Below are positions 48,494-59,432 of a stretch of 64,000 bases of DNA, one piece after another. A program made the position numbers and the translations under genes. Under the pieces are notes generated by a model. It made no database searches and was not told the DNA's origin. It saw only the letters and a list, made by a program, of their open reading frames with translations. Positions within the stretch are counted from its first letter, which is position 1; each line of letters opens with the position of its first letter. This stretch comes from Candidatus Poribacteria bacterium. Lineage in GTDB: Bacteria > Poribacteria > WGA-4E > WGA-3G. The stretch is taken from NCBI GenBank assembly GCA_965205015.1, contig OZ242029.1, positions 320,001 through 384,000 on the forward strand, given 5' to 3'.

Positions 48494-49291
48494 ATGGAAA
48501 CCAGAGTTACAAGGTTAAAATTAGTATGTGTCAGCTCAATGGCGATTAGCCTAATGTTTGTAGGTATCAGTTTCGCTGACGTTGACTTTGCAGATTGCGT
48601 CGGCATGTGGCTCTTCGATGAAGGGACTGGTAAGAAAGCCGAAGATTCCTCTGGAACGGGCAATGACGGCTCGATCGAGGGGGGTGCGAAATGGGTTGAT
48701 GGCAAATTTGGCAAGGGTTTAAGCCTTAATGGCTCGGATGCTTACGTGGAAATTGAGCACGATGACTCTTTAAATGTGGGGGGCGCGCACACGATTGCGC
48801 TTTGGGTTAAATTAGATAAGCCTCCCGGTGCTGGCATGGGTGTGGTGACCAAAGACGATTGGGCTCCTGGATTCTGGTGGGATGCCGGTAGAATCCGACA
48901 TCATACACATGACCCAGGCGGCACGCTTCACTTTATAGATGCACCCTGGAAGCCAGATACAGACTGGCATCACGTTGCCGTTACCTGGGATGGGGACGGG
49001 TTCGGCGTATATATAGACGCCGATCAGATTGGTGATGGTGTAACGACACCAAACTTAGGAAGGAACCCTTTGACGGATAAGCCCCTTTTAATAGGTATCT
49101 ACCTTGCTACTGGACAACACGGTCAGTGGGGTCAGTTTCTCGGTGCAATCATTGACGATGTTGCCGTCTTCAATGTGGCATTGGACGGTGATGACCTTGA
49201 AACCCTTATGAATGAGGGATTAGCAACAGCGGCTGATATTGAACCTGCGGGGAAGCTCACAACGACTTGGGCTGACATCAAAGCCGATTAA
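48494..49291 (+). CDS. Secreted LamG/concanavalin-like domain protein
   Basis: WLFDEG.G..A.D.SG.GNDG, WVDGKFGKGL, WHHVAVTWDG, IDDVAVFN; tail EPAGKLTTTWADIK. Confidence 0.9.
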   Translation: METRVTRLKLVCVSSMAISLMFVGISFADVDFADCVGMWLFDEGTGKKAEDSSGTGNDGSIEGGAKWVDGKFGKGLSLNGSDAYVEIEHDDSLNVGGAHTIALWVKLDKPPGAGMGVVTKDDWAPGFWWDAGRIRHHTHDPGGTLHFIDAPWKPDTDWHHVAVTWDGDGFGVYIDADQIGDGVTTPNLGRNPLTDKPLLIGIYLATGQHGQWGQFLGAIIDDVAVFNVALDGDDLETLMNEGLATAADIEPAGKLTTTWADIKAD

Positions 49292-49438
49292 CCGACTTCC
49301 ACACCGAAAGAGTGCGTTGGTTGACAATTTGCCGATGCTTGTGGCAAAAGCAGATGTGCTGTAATCCGAGCCACAACTGCATCGGCTTGTTGCAAAGAAG
49401 ATTGTAATTATGGTAGAGACTACTAAGGAATAGATTTA

Positions 49439-49801
49439 ATGGGACATCCAGTCGTCCATTTTGAAATATCGGGCAGGGACGGTGAATCCCTAAGCGAGTT
49501 TTACAGTTCCCTGTTTGGTTGGAATATTAACTATAACACACACGGCGTTTACAGCGTCGATCCAGCGTCAGAGAATGGGGTAGATGGACACATATTCTCA
49601 ACGACCGACGATATGTGCTCTGATAACGGTGTCACCATTTATATTCAGGTAGACGATCTTCAGGCATCGCTTGAGAAGGTGGAAAGTAGTGGGGGGCAGA
49701 TACTTGTGCCGCCGCGTCCGATTCCAAGCGGCATGGGTTCCTTCGCGCTGTTCCTCGATCCAAGCGGAAACTGCATTGGTCTGTATCAACCTAAGGTGTG
49801 A
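49439..49801 (+). CDS. VOC family protein
   Basis: PVVHFEI, FYSSLFGW, FALFLDPSGNCIGL. Confidence 0.9.
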   Translation: MGHPVVHFEISGRDGESLSEFYSSLFGWNINYNTHGVYSVDPASENGVDGHIFSTTDDMCSDNGVTIYIQVDDLQASLEKVESSGGQILVPPRPIPSGMGSFALFLDPSGNCIGLYQPKV

Positions 49802-49833
49802 TTGTCTGTCATTTGGGTATAAAATCGCAGTGT

Positions 49834-49958
49834 TATAGTAGAGTCAATAATTACTTGGGCACCCCGATTGTAGCGCAAACTGTTAGTTTGCGTGCCTCCC
49901 CTGCACAAACTGGACAGTTTGTGCTACGAATGTTCACTTATTTTTCGGTTTTACTATA
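49834..49958. mobile_element. TA-flanked MITE enclosing a GTAGC double palindrome
   Basis: tatagtagagtcaataat ... atttttcggttttactata; inside gtagcgcaaactgttagtttgcg and gcacaaactggacagtttgtgctac. Confidence 0.6.
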
Positions 49959-49972
49959 ATGCATGGACTCGC

Positions 49973-50016
49973 AAAAAAATGGGGTGGTGAACTGAGTTTC
50001 ACCCCCCTGTTTCTTT
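49973..50016. terminator. Probable bidirectional terminator
   Basis: A-run, ggggtggtgaa-ctgagt-ttcacccccc, T-rich tail, between convergent genes. Confidence 0.6.
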
Positions 50017-50033
50017 AAACCATACAGGCAATT

Positions 50034-53000
50034 TTATGTAAGTACAGGCTTCAGCCAACGCTTTGTCGTTTCGATGTCCATACCGGTGCGTTCTGCATAA
50101 TCCGAAACCTGATCCTCTCCAATCCTACTGATGCTGAAATACCGAGACTCAGGATGCGAATAATACCAGCCACTCACAGACGCTGCCGGAAACATCGCCA
50201 GACTTTCGGTGAGAGAAATACCCGTATTTTCTGGGACATTCAGCAGGTCAAACAGCACCCGCTTCTGATTGTGATCTGGACATGCAGGGTATCCAGGTGC
50301 CGGACGAATCCCGCGATATCTCTCAGCAATTAAATCCGTATTATCCAACGCCTCATCTGGTGCGTACCCCCAAAGCGTCAGACGCACGTACTGGTGCATC
50401 TGCTCTGCGAACGCCTCCGCCAAGCGGTCTGCGAGCGCCTTCGCCATGATGCTGTTATAATCGTCGTGTTCCCGCTCAAATTCAGCACAGAATTCGGAGA
50501 CACCGATACCCGTTGTCACCGCAAATGCCCCTATATAATCCTGAACGCCAGTCCCTTTCGGTGCGATGAAATCACCAAGACTGAGGTTCGGTCTCATAAA
50601 CGGCTGTTCCGTCTGTTGACGGAGATGATGCAACGTCCCGAGCGTTTCTGTGCGTGCCGTATCTGCGTAAATCTCGGTATCCTCACCGACCCCGTTTGCA
50701 GGAAACAAGCCGACGACGGCACGTGCCTTAAACCGTTTTTCTCTCAGGATGATATGCAGCAGGTTTTCAGCATCTTTAAGAAGTTTACGCGCCTCCTCAC
50801 CGACTTCCGGGTTGTCTAATATATTGGGATATTTACCGCGGAGCCCCCACGTCGTAAAGAACGGACTCCAGTCGATAGAGTCAGCCAGTTTCGCTAACGG
50901 ATAGTCGTCAAAGACTTGCGTACCTATCAGGCGCGGCGTAGGCGGTCGATAATTTTGCCAGTCCAGCGCGGATCTGCGTTCCTGCGCTACATTGAACGGA
51001 AGTAAGTTCGCCTGTTTCCGGTTTTTCGCCCGCCGTTCTCGAATATCTGCGTATTCCTCACGCGTCTGATCGGTAAATGTCCGCTGTTTCTCAGGGCTCA
51101 TCAAGTCGCTGACGACCCCAACGCTTCGGGAAGCGTCTTTGACATGAACTGTTAAGCCGGTATAGACAGGTTCAATCTGAACAGCGGTATGTATCTTTGA
51201 GGTCGTTGCCCCCCCAATGAGGAGTGGAATGCGGAAGCCTTCACGTTCCATCTCTTCAGCGACGTTTACCATTTCATCTAATGACGGCGTGATGAGTCCA
51301 CTCAATCCGATAATATCAGCGTTTTCTCGGCGTGCCGTCTCCAGAATATCTTCCGCGGGGACCATCACCCCGAGGTCAACAATGTCATAGTTATTACATC
51401 CGAGCACAACGCCGACGATATTTTTCCCGATATCGTGAACGTCGCCTTTCACAGTCGCCATTACAATTTTGCCTCTCGATTGGATGCCCCCTTCCGCCTG
51501 TTCCTGCTCAATATACGGGATGAGGTGTGCCACTGCCTTTTTCATCACACGCGCGCTTTTTACCACTTGCGGTAGGAACATTTTGCCGTCCCCAAAGAGT
51601 TCACCGACGCGGTTCATACCGTCCATCAAGGGACCCTCAATCACCTGTATCGGACGCTCATAGTTCTGCCGTGCTTCCTCTGTGTCGGTTTCCACGTATG
51701 CAAGGATGCCTTCGACGAGGGCGTGTCGGAGACGCGCTTCAACCGGCGATTTTCGCCACTGTCGACTGACCCGCTTCTTTTTCCCTTTCCCGTGGAGCGT
51801 GTTCGCCAGATTCACAAGTCTATCCGTCGCGTCCTCTCGGCGGTTGAACAGGACATCCTCTACGGCTTCTAAGAGCGGCTTGGGGAGATCGTCATAGACG
51901 GCGAGCTGCCCAGCGTTGACGATTCCCATATCCATGCCAGCGTTGATTGCATAATAGAGGAACGCCGCATGCATCGCCTCTCTGACGGGATCGTTACCCC
52001 GGAACGCAAATGAAATATTACTGACCCCCCCACTGACGAGGGCGTGTGGACACGTAGCTTTGATTTCTCTGCAGGCTTCAATAAACGCCCGCGCATATTC
52101 GTTGTGTTCTTCAATACCCGTCGCAACAGCGAAAATATTCGGGTCGAAGATGATGTCCTCCGGGGGAAAACCGACCTCTTCGGTCAGGAGTCGATAGGCT
52201 CTCCGACAGATTGCGACCTTCCGTTCGTATGTATCCGCTTGACCTTCTTCGTCAAACGCCATCACAATCACCGCCGCACCGTATTGACGCACCGTGCGCG
52301 CTTTTTCTAAGAAATCTTCCTCGCCCTCTTTCAAACTGATCGAATTGACGATCCCTTTCCCCTGAATACATGCCAACCCTGCTTCTATCACCTCCCACCG
52401 ACTGGAATCCAGCATAATCGGCACACGACTGATATCCGGTTCTGCCGCAATGAGGTTCAGGAACTTCACCATTGCCGCTTCGGCATCTAACATACCTGCG
52501 TCCATGTTGATGTCAATAAGTTGCGCCCCGTTTTCTACTTGATCGCGCGCAACTTCCAAGGCAGCCTCATAGTCCTCTTTTTTTATCAGCGTTTCAAATC
52601 GTCGGGAGCCCGTTACGTTTGTCCGCTCACCTACGTTAACAAAGAGAGAGTCCGCGGTGATATTGAAAGCCTCCAAGCCGCTGAGTCGGCAGGCGCGTTC
52701 TTGTGGCATCGGGTCTCGCGGCGGGTATTCAGCAGCGATCTTCGTAATCGTTTCAATATGTTCAGGGTGAGACCCACAGCAACCACCGACGATATTGACA
52801 AACCCGTTTTCTGCGAATTCGCGAACCCATTTCCCCATCTCTTCTGGGGACTGTGTGTAGCATCCGAGTTCATCGGGGAGCCCTGCGTTCGGATAACAGA
52901 TAGTCGGGATGTCGGCTATTTTTGCTATCTCTGCGAGGTACGGACGAATTTGTTGAGAACCGAAGCCGCAGTTCAACCCGACAGCGAGCAGATTCGCATG

Positions 53001-53708
53001 CCGGACGGAGTTCCAGAAGGCTTCGACGGTTTGCCCGGAGAGGTTTCTGCCGCCACCGCCGCTCCTGTCAGAGGAGACAATGAGAGGGATCTCAACGCCT
53101 CGCGTTTCAGCAAGGGAGTGTATGGCAAAAAGCGCGGCTTTGCAGTTAAGCGTATCCATGACGGTCTCAAGGAGGAGGAAGTCTGCACCGCCATCAATCA
53201 AGCCTTCCGCTTGCGTCGTGTAAGCAGAGATGAGTTGTGAGAAAGTGATATTCCGATAGCCGGGATCGTTCACATTCGGCGAAATCGAGCAACTGCGGTT
53301 GGTAGGTCCCATACTCCCGGCGACAAAGCGCGGTTTGTCGGGTGACGTCCACTTATCTGCTACTTCGCGTGCGATGCATGCAGCCGCATAGTTTACCTGA
53401 TAGGCGACATCCTGGAGTTGGTAGTCTGCCATCGACACGGACGTGCTGGTAAAGGTATTCGTTTCAATGATATCGGCGCCGGCACTGCAGTAGTTTGCGT
53501 GTATTTCTTTTACAATATGGGGTTGTGTTATGGAGAGCAGATCGTTGTAGCCTTTGAGTTCACACGGATGATCGGCGAACTGTTCACCTCGGAAATCCGC
53601 CTCTGTGAGCCGATAGGTCTGCAACAGGGATCCTATCGCACCATCGAGGACCAGAATCCGTTTCTCCAGTTCATTTTTAAGATTTGCTATTTTTTCGGTG
53701 TTTGCCAT
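50034..53708 (-). CDS. metH: Cobalamin-dependent methionine synthase
   Basis: [42 protein letters not shown]. Confidence 0.98.
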   Translation of the reverse strand: MANTEKIANLKNELEKRILVLDGAIGSLLQTYRLTEADFRGEQFADHPCELKGYNDLLSITQPHIVKEIHANYCSAGADIIETNTFTSTSVSMADYQLQDVAYQVNYAAACIAREVADKWTSPDKPRFVAGSMGPTNRSCSISPNVNDPGYRNITFSQLISAYTTQAEGLIDGGADFLLLETVMDTLNCKAALFAIHSLAETRGVEIPLIVSSDRSGGGGRNLSGQTVEAFWNSVRHANLLAVGLNCGFGSQQIRPYLAEIAKIADIPTICYPNAGLPDELGCYTQSPEEMGKWVREFAENGFVNIVGGCCGSHPEHIETITKIAAEYPPRDPMPQERACRLSGLEAFNITADSLFVNVGERTNVTGSRRFETLIKKEDYEAALEVARDQVENGAQLIDINMDAGMLDAEAAMVKFLNLIAAEPDISRVPIMLDSSRWEVIEAGLACIQGKGIVNSISLKEGEEDFLEKARTVRQYGAAVIVMAFDEEGQADTYERKVAICRRAYRLLTEEVGFPPEDIIFDPNIFAVATGIEEHNEYARAFIEACREIKATCPHALVSGGVSNISFAFRGNDPVREAMHAAFLYYAINAGMDMGIVNAGQLAVYDDLPKPLLEAVEDVLFNRREDATDRLVNLANTLHGKGKKKRVSRQWRKSPVEARLRHALVEGILAYVETDTEEARQNYERPIQVIEGPLMDGMNRVGELFGDGKMFLPQVVKSARVMKKAVAHLIPYIEQEQAEGGIQSRGKIVMATVKGDVHDIGKNIVGVVLGCNNYDIVDLGVMVPAEDILETARRENADIIGLSGLITPSLDEMVNVAEEMEREGFRIPLLIGGATTSKIHTAVQIEPVYTGLTVHVKDASRSVGVVSDLMSPEKQRTFTDQTREEYADIRERRAKNRKQANLLPFNVAQERRSALDWQNYRPPTPRLIGTQVFDDYPLAKLADSIDWSPFFTTWGLRGKYPNILDNPEVGEEARKLLKDAENLLHIILREKRFKARAVVGLFPANGVGEDTEIYADTARTETLGTLHHLRQQTEQPFMRPNLSLGDFIAPKGTGVQDYIGAFAVTTGIGVSEFCAEFEREHDDYNSIMAKALADRLAEAFAEQMHQYVRLTLWGYAPDEALDNTDLIAERYRGIRPAPGYPACPDHNQKRVLFDLLNVPENTGISLTESLAMFPAASVSGWYYSHPESRYFSISRIGEDQVSDYAERTGMDIETTKRWLKPVLT

Positions 53709-53816
53709 AGATATATTATGCCCTCTTTATGAGAAACTTTCACGTCTGGATTGCGTATCAATACGTCGTGTGTTATAATATACCATACAGGGAACCACCT
53801 TGTCCATTTAAAGTCT

Positions 53817-54209
53817 ATGAAACCACCTATGCAAACGCAAAACAGAGAACGTGAACGTTCCGCACACGCCCATAAATACGCCATCCATTTTGACATCCTT
53901 CCAGAGATTTCCTATCTCAATGAAGACCTACCCGTCTTAATAGCGGACCTCCTGCCGATTTTTCACGATTTCCCAGAAGAGGTCTGGATCTCTGAAAAAT
54001 GGGTAGATGAAGGACTCGACTTCTGTCGGGTTGTTTTCTGGGTGTGTTCTGAATCCCCCGACGCCATTAAAGCTTTCGGCAACTGGTTTCAGGCGATATT
54101 CCGAGAACCCCCCATCGCCGAAGTTTTAGAGCGTCTCGTCACGCATGCCTTAGACGATCCCAATGATATAGAGGTTATCCTGACGGATTGGACGCGTTTG
54201 GCGAATTGA
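53817..54209 (+). CDS. Hypothetical protein
   Basis: Protein-like ORF divergent from metH; start uncertain. Confidence 0.55.
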   Translation: MKPPMQTQNRERERSAHAHKYAIHFDILPEISYLNEDLPVLIADLLPIFHDFPEEVWISEKWVDEGLDFCRVVFWVCSESPDAIKAFGNWFQAIFREPPIAEVLERLVTHALDDPNDIEVILTDWTRLAN

Positions 54210-54404
54210 TCGGAATTGCCTGATTCCAAACTGTGCGAATCGCAGATAAGGTGAAGGATTACGCACCTTCCACGGAAAATTAAAATTTTTGTTGACAGAA
54301 TTTGTTTTTTCGCTGAAAATACCGTATACTTTCAATAGTCAGGTTTGGGCTTTTATAATTTTTAGTTTGAATTAAATGGAAATTGACGTATTGTAACTAT
54401 AATT

Positions 54405-54501
54405 TAAGTTGCCATCTGCGTAGCAGCATCTTTTAGAGTGTGCATATTAGGACGCAGATAAACAGTCTTCACCACCCTAAAATCTTGTCCGTAGCAACTT
54501 G
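54405..54501. mobile_element. MITE-like element, shorter inverted relative of 3591-3762
   Basis: taagttgccatc...ccctaaaatcttgtccgtagcaacttg. Confidence 0.65.
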
Positions 54502-54940
54502 AGTTATAATACGACCCCTTGCGTAGCAAAACACGGAAAAATGCCGTATGCGCAAGTTTCCGAACCCTTAAATCGGCTGCAGGTGATACGCATGCAGAAC
54601 AGACGGATCAATTTTAACACCACCAAACCGATTTTCCCCGCGCCTCAAATGGACGACGTGCGTGGTAACACCGTCCCCTTCTGTGCCCCGCGTTCATCGA
54701 TAATTTGCCGTGTTAACGTAGAGTTAATAACGGTTACAAGCCCCCCCCCACTTCACATCCGTTAGGCAATATTTTTCACAATATGGTATCGGCAATGATT
54801 GCCGTGCTGGATTCTTCGCGCCCGTGCGTCCTTTGTCTTGCACAGAGTGTCTCGTCGCGGGCTTTTTTTGTTGCCTTTCCCTTGCTAACTTGTAGAGACT
54901 GTTTCCACGTGCTCCGCGCAGCTTCATAAAGGAGATAAAA

Positions 54941-55381
54941 ATGTCATTGATACAAACAAAATACGGCGAGATCAGAGACCGTATGAAACCCGGAGATGTC
55001 GTTGCTTTTTCAGGGAAAAAAGCCCATTCAGAGATAATAAAGTGGGCTACGAGAAGTAATGTGTCACATGTTGGTATTGTTCTTCAATCCAGGTTAATAG
55101 TAGATGGGGAACCTAAAGGTCGCGTTTTCAATCAGGTCATGGAGGCAACCGATTCAGGAGTAAAACTTGTAAACCTGAGCGGTAAACAACAGGTTTATGA
55201 GGGAGAGATAAGGAGAAATCCAAAGAACAAAACACGCAGTTTCATCTTAACACTGCTACGGACGTGGGGGGATGCTTGTCGGTATTCTGGCAAGTGCGAT
55301 AGCCGCTTTAAGCAGAGTCGCAAGCCAATAGCAATTTTTGAAGTGCCACCGTTAATCGAGACCAAAAATCAACAAAGTTAA
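54941..55381 (+). pseudogene. Truncated YiiX/YebB-like permuted papain (NlpC/P60) enzyme
   Basis: AAGGAG RBS; MKPGDVVAFSG..SEIIKWATRSNVSHVGIV..MEAT..GV; after about 55210 it looks non-coding and lacks the YD...CSE half. Confidence 0.6.
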
Positions 55382-55419
55382 GACGCGTGTTTTGCATAAG
55401 TCCTATAGGAGGATTTTCT

Positions 55420-56547
55420 ATGAAAACCCATATCAATCTTTTCACGCTTGTATCCATCTGCCTCCTGACACTTCTCCTCAGCGGTATGGGTGGGTGTAAC
55501 ACAGAAGAGGAAGCACCGATTGTGTTCGTCCAAGCGATCCCTGCCGATGGCAGCGCGATCCAGCCAAATGGGACGATTGTCGTGACGTTCGATGGTCCCC
55601 CGACAGGACTCAACGTGACGGGTGGTAAGTTTTCGCTATCGGGGACGACTGCGACGGTAGTCGGTCCGTTTACACCCGGCACGCTAACCCTCGTGCTAAC
55701 GTGGACAGGGGGTGCGATGGCATTGACGTATACCGTCTCTGATGCGCCAGCAACTGTTGATAGTTCTGACCTTCCACCTGCCCCCGAAGGGATGGTGCTG
55801 GTCCCCGCAGGCGAATTCCAGATGGGCAGCGAGGATGCCGAAGCGGATAATGATGAACAACCCGTCCACACGGTTCACGTAGATGCGTTCTATATGGACG
55901 CGTATGAAGTGACAAATCTGGATTACAAAAAGTTTGTGCTTGCGAACCCACAGTGGCAGAAGGATCGTATTCCCAAGGCACTCCACAATGGTCATTACCT
56001 GAAGCATTGGAACGGTAACAACTATCCTGTGGGGAAGGCGAACCATCCCGTGACGTATGTGAGTTGGTATGCGGCGATGGCTTACGCCGAGTGGGCAGGG
56101 AAGCGTCTCCCGACGAATGCGGAATGGGAAAAAGCAGCGCGTGGCGGGAAGTCAGGGTTGAAGTATCCGTGGGGGAATACGATTTCAAGTGGTCGTGCGA
56201 ACTATGGTAACAATGTAGGGGATACGCGGGAAGTCGGGAGTTATTCAAAGAACGGTTATGGTCTGTATGACATGTCTGGGAATGTGTCGGAATGGTGTCT
56301 GGATGCGTATGATGCGAATTTCTATTTTTCATCTCCGCGTCGTAACCCCCTTTCAGATGTGAATACGATAGCGAACATAGACTTAATTATAAATGACTAT
56401 TCAAAAATTAAGTCGTCCCGCGTCTTGCGTGGCGGCAACTGGGCCCACACGGCTCCAAGCGCGCGGGTCGCCTCTCGCGGCAGCTATGCGCCAAGAGGCA
56501 CGTGGTTCACCCATGGTTTTCGTTGTGTGAGGTCTGTATTCCCTTAA
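55420..56547 (+). CDS. FGE-sulfatase (SUMF1, CLec-fold) domain lipoprotein, copy 1
   Basis: Lipobox GMGG-C; PAGEFQMGS, YEVTN, KRLPT.AEWEKAARGG, NGYGLYDMSGNV.EW, RGG.W..GFRC. Confidence 0.92.
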   Translation: MKTHINLFTLVSICLLTLLLSGMGGCNTEEEAPIVFVQAIPADGSAIQPNGTIVVTFDGPPTGLNVTGGKFSLSGTTATVVGPFTPGTLTLVLTWTGGAMALTYTVSDAPATVDSSDLPPAPEGMVLVPAGEFQMGSEDAEADNDEQPVHTVHVDAFYMDAYEVTNLDYKKFVLANPQWQKDRIPKALHNGHYLKHWNGNNYPVGKANHPVTYVSWYAAMAYAEWAGKRLPTNAEWEKAARGGKSGLKYPWGNTISSGRANYGNNVGDTREVGSYSKNGYGLYDMSGNVSEWCLDAYDANFYFSSPRRNPLSDVNTIANIDLIINDYSKIKSSRVLRGGNWAHTAPSARVASRGSYAPRGTWFTHGFRCVRSVFP

Positions 56548-56966
56548 ATCTTAACGCCTTATATCCTACCTGCGTAGCGGGTGGACAGCACCAAAAATCG
56601 GGTCTATAGACATATCACGCCTCTGACGTGAGGAGACACATTGAGGCTGGCATCGGCAAACATATTGGAAACCATATCCCGAAAATAGGTAGGATGTGGA
56701 CTTGCTCCAGCAGAGCAATATGTCTGTAGAACACCATTTATCAGACCGCCGCACTCCAGCGGAGTGCTATGTCTATCATCAAATGGCGATATCAACCGTC
56801 CAAGCCGTTCCAAAACTCTATGATGTCATTCTGTGGCTCATGGGACGTGTATAGCAAGCCAATAGCAATCTTATGAATACGTTAGGACTGACGCAGTTTT
56901 GAAGGTAGTTAGAGAACAGCTCGTAAAAGGGAACAAACGTTGGTATTTGATAAAAGAGTATCTCAA

Positions 56967-59303
56967 ATGAAAGTTATATTTTCGGTATTCAGTGTTATCC
57001 TGTTACTGCTCGCCGGGCTTTGCCTTGAGGTATCCGCGAATCTCACGCTTGAACAGATGCAAAACAAGCTGAATGGCGCAACCCTGATTTCAGGAGTGAA
57101 TATTCAGAAAGGGGATATGTCCCTCGCACCCTCGACAAAAAATGCATTCCGAACCCGGAGTAAAAGCGAGTTCATCCTCATACGACAGTTCGACGCAACA
57201 TGCGGCACGACATCGGCTGAAATGGTGCTCCATTACTATGGACAAGATGTCGGACAACAAGAAATCTGGGACTCCGGCGGCGTTTATGTGATTGAGGTGG
57301 GGTCGTTTCCAAGCGAAATCAGGCAGGCATTGAATCGGTTAGGTGTTCCGGCACACTGGTATCATAAGGCGAGCCTTGAACATTTAAGACACTGGGTTAG
57401 ACAAGACCGCCCTCCGATTGTCCTCTTGAGATTCGGTGAAGTTCTCCATTACGTGGTGGTTGTGGGTTACAATCGCCAAGGCGATTTCCTACTGGCTGAC
57501 CCGAACTACGTGTTTCGTTGGATGTCCACCGCTGATATGCGTCTCGGTTGGTCGCTCAATTCCCCTGGACTCCCTAATGAAAATTATAAGGTCGAAAATG
57601 GGTTTGAATCGTTCGCTTTGAATATATTGACACGCGGCGTAGATGTACTCACGGGGGGTGAGAACGTTATCGTCCCGCTTGCCCCTCCGAACAAACGGTT
57701 TCCGCCAAACTATAACGCTGTGCCAATTTTAAATGGACAGTTCATTGATGGGGGTAGAGCCGTGCGTGGTGGTAATCGCTTTAATCCTACATGGAAGACC
57801 AATTCCTGGGAGGAAACGTTTACGTTTACCGAGGACATTGTGGACTACCGCGTCTCAGATGTCGTCCCGGCGGAATTTGAGAATCTTGGAGGACTGGAGC
57901 CCGCGTATATTCAGGGACATCAACAGGTAGACGATAGAACGGTAAAAGTCTGGGGCAGGATTACCCCCGGCACCGTCACAAAGGGACGGATTTTTGTGTT
58001 TGTGCGGGGCTACAAGGCACCCTTACACGGTGGCATCAAAACCGTGTCAAGCACCCAAAGTCAGCGGTATTATAGTGAATGGGACATCGGCAATCTTGAT
58101 GAGAGGTTTTCTTGGCACGCTTTCACATTCCCGGGAGATGTCGTCGGTTATACAATTTCAGCGGGGATCAATTTTGAAGACAGATTCCGGGCTGAACTTG
58201 TGGAGCATCATAAGACGGGCAATCAGGTGAAATTTAAGATTATGCTGAAGGAACACCTAATTGAGAAAAACGGCATTACCGTGAATGTAACGGCGCATTA
58301 CGAACCCCCGGTTCCCGGGCGTTTTGAACTTTCTTACGCCGGTTCTCTATTGGATATACCCTCAGGCCAGCGTAAGACGCTGAACGTTACCGTCTATTCG
58401 ACGAACGGACACCGCATGCCGGGCATGAGCGTCCAATTTCTTGATACCGATGACGCCAAAATAGCGTTTTCTCCGACTTCTGTGAAGACCAACAATTCAG
58501 GGGTCGCCACAAGCACAATGAAAACGGGGAGTTCAGGGAACGCTGACTTTACAATACGGGTTGACGGATTGTCTGATGAGCAATATAACGTTTCGGTAGC
58601 CAAAGTGCTAAAAGAACACGTAGAAAAAAAGTGGTTCTCGAGTGATCCTATATACTGTAAAAAGAAGTTTGGGGGAGTATGCATCTCATGGGAGACCGAT
58701 CCGTATACCTCAAGTCATCATATTGATGTTCCCTCATGGGTTTCTATACACACTTATTCTATAACGACGCATGTCCCTGTTGAAGACCGTCTCACCCCAC
58801 CGTCCGTCAAAAGTCATTCGCGAAGCGGCAATAGGGTAAATCTAAGGATTAGATTCGAGCGACATGCGTTAGAATCAAACGATATTTTAGTAAGCGTCCA
58901 CGCCAAGTACTGGGGGAGTGAGCCGTCGCCGGGTGCCCCATTGAATCCGGACGCGCGTCCTGACCCCGATATGGTAACCGCTGCTTGGCAGGACCTATCC
59001 TATATCCCATCACATACCACACTCTTACCGAACTATCCGAACCCATTCAATCCCGAGACGTGGATACCCTATCATCTCGCGGAATCTGCGGAGGTGACGC
59101 TGACGATCTATTCCACCGATGGCAGATTGGTTCGGACATTGGCGTTAGGACATCAACCCGCGGGTATCTATGAAAACAAGAGTCGTGCCGCCTATTGGGA
59201 TGGCAGAAATACTGTAGGGGAGCGCGTCGCGAGTGGTCTATATTTCTATAGGTTCACAGCAGGCGATTTCACCGCTACCGGCAAGATGCTCATCCTGAAA
59301 TAG
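56967..59303 (+). CDS. Secreted C39-like cysteine peptidase with Ig-like domains and a C-terminal T9SS-like/FlgD-Ig domain
   Basis: QFDATCG, LHYVVVVGY, LADP; Big_1-like VKTNNSGVA; PNYPNPFNPETWIPY..KMLILK. Confidence 0.8.
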   Translation: MKVIFSVFSVILLLLAGLCLEVSANLTLEQMQNKLNGATLISGVNIQKGDMSLAPSTKNAFRTRSKSEFILIRQFDATCGTTSAEMVLHYYGQDVGQQEIWDSGGVYVIEVGSFPSEIRQALNRLGVPAHWYHKASLEHLRHWVRQDRPPIVLLRFGEVLHYVVVVGYNRQGDFLLADPNYVFRWMSTADMRLGWSLNSPGLPNENYKVENGFESFALNILTRGVDVLTGGENVIVPLAPPNKRFPPNYNAVPILNGQFIDGGRAVRGGNRFNPTWKTNSWEETFTFTEDIVDYRVSDVVPAEFENLGGLEPAYIQGHQQVDDRTVKVWGRITPGTVTKGRIFVFVRGYKAPLHGGIKTVSSTQSQRYYSEWDIGNLDERFSWHAFTFPGDVVGYTISAGINFEDRFRAELVEHHKTGNQVKFKIMLKEHLIEKNGITVNVTAHYEPPVPGRFELSYAGSLLDIPSGQRKTLNVTVYSTNGHRMPGMSVQFLDTDDAKIAFSPTSVKTNNSGVATSTMKTGSSGNADFTIRVDGLSDEQYNVSVAKVLKEHVEKKWFSSDPIYCKKKFGGVCISWETDPYTSSHHIDVPSWVSIHTYSITTHVPVEDRLTPPSVKSHSRSGNRVNLRIRFERHALESNDILVSVHAKYWGSEPSPGAPLNPDARPDPDMVTAAWQDLSYIPSHTTLLPNYPNPFNPETWIPYHLAESAEVTLTIYSTDGRLVRTLALGHQPAGIYENKSRAAYWDGRNTVGERVASGLYFYRFTAGDFTATGKMLILK

Positions 59304-59350
59304 GATTAGTCTCACAATCGTTTCTACCGAATGTAGCACGTTGCTAACTT

Positions 59351-59411
59351 GTAGCACAAACTTTCCAGTTTGGGTTCTCCTGTGAATGCGCAAACTAAAA
59401 TTTTACGCTAC
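59351..59411. repeat. GTAGC REP-like double palindrome
   Basis: gtagcacaaactttccagtttg...gcgcaaactaaaattttacgctac; family also at 3721, 44201 and 49870. Confidence 0.55.
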
Positions 59412-59432
59412 AAAACTCTAAGGAGATCTTTG

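Noticed and set aside
53709-53816. Cobalamin or SAM riboswitch upstream of metH
   Set aside because: The intergenic space is about 110 bp, AT-rich, shared with a divergent gene, and shows no recognisable conserved boxes.
54210-56960. DGR template repeat or reverse transcriptase near the FGE genes
   Set aside because: Reading the intergenic stretches by eye found no AAC-rich copy of the variable segment, and no ORF has RT motifs. A computational search is still needed.
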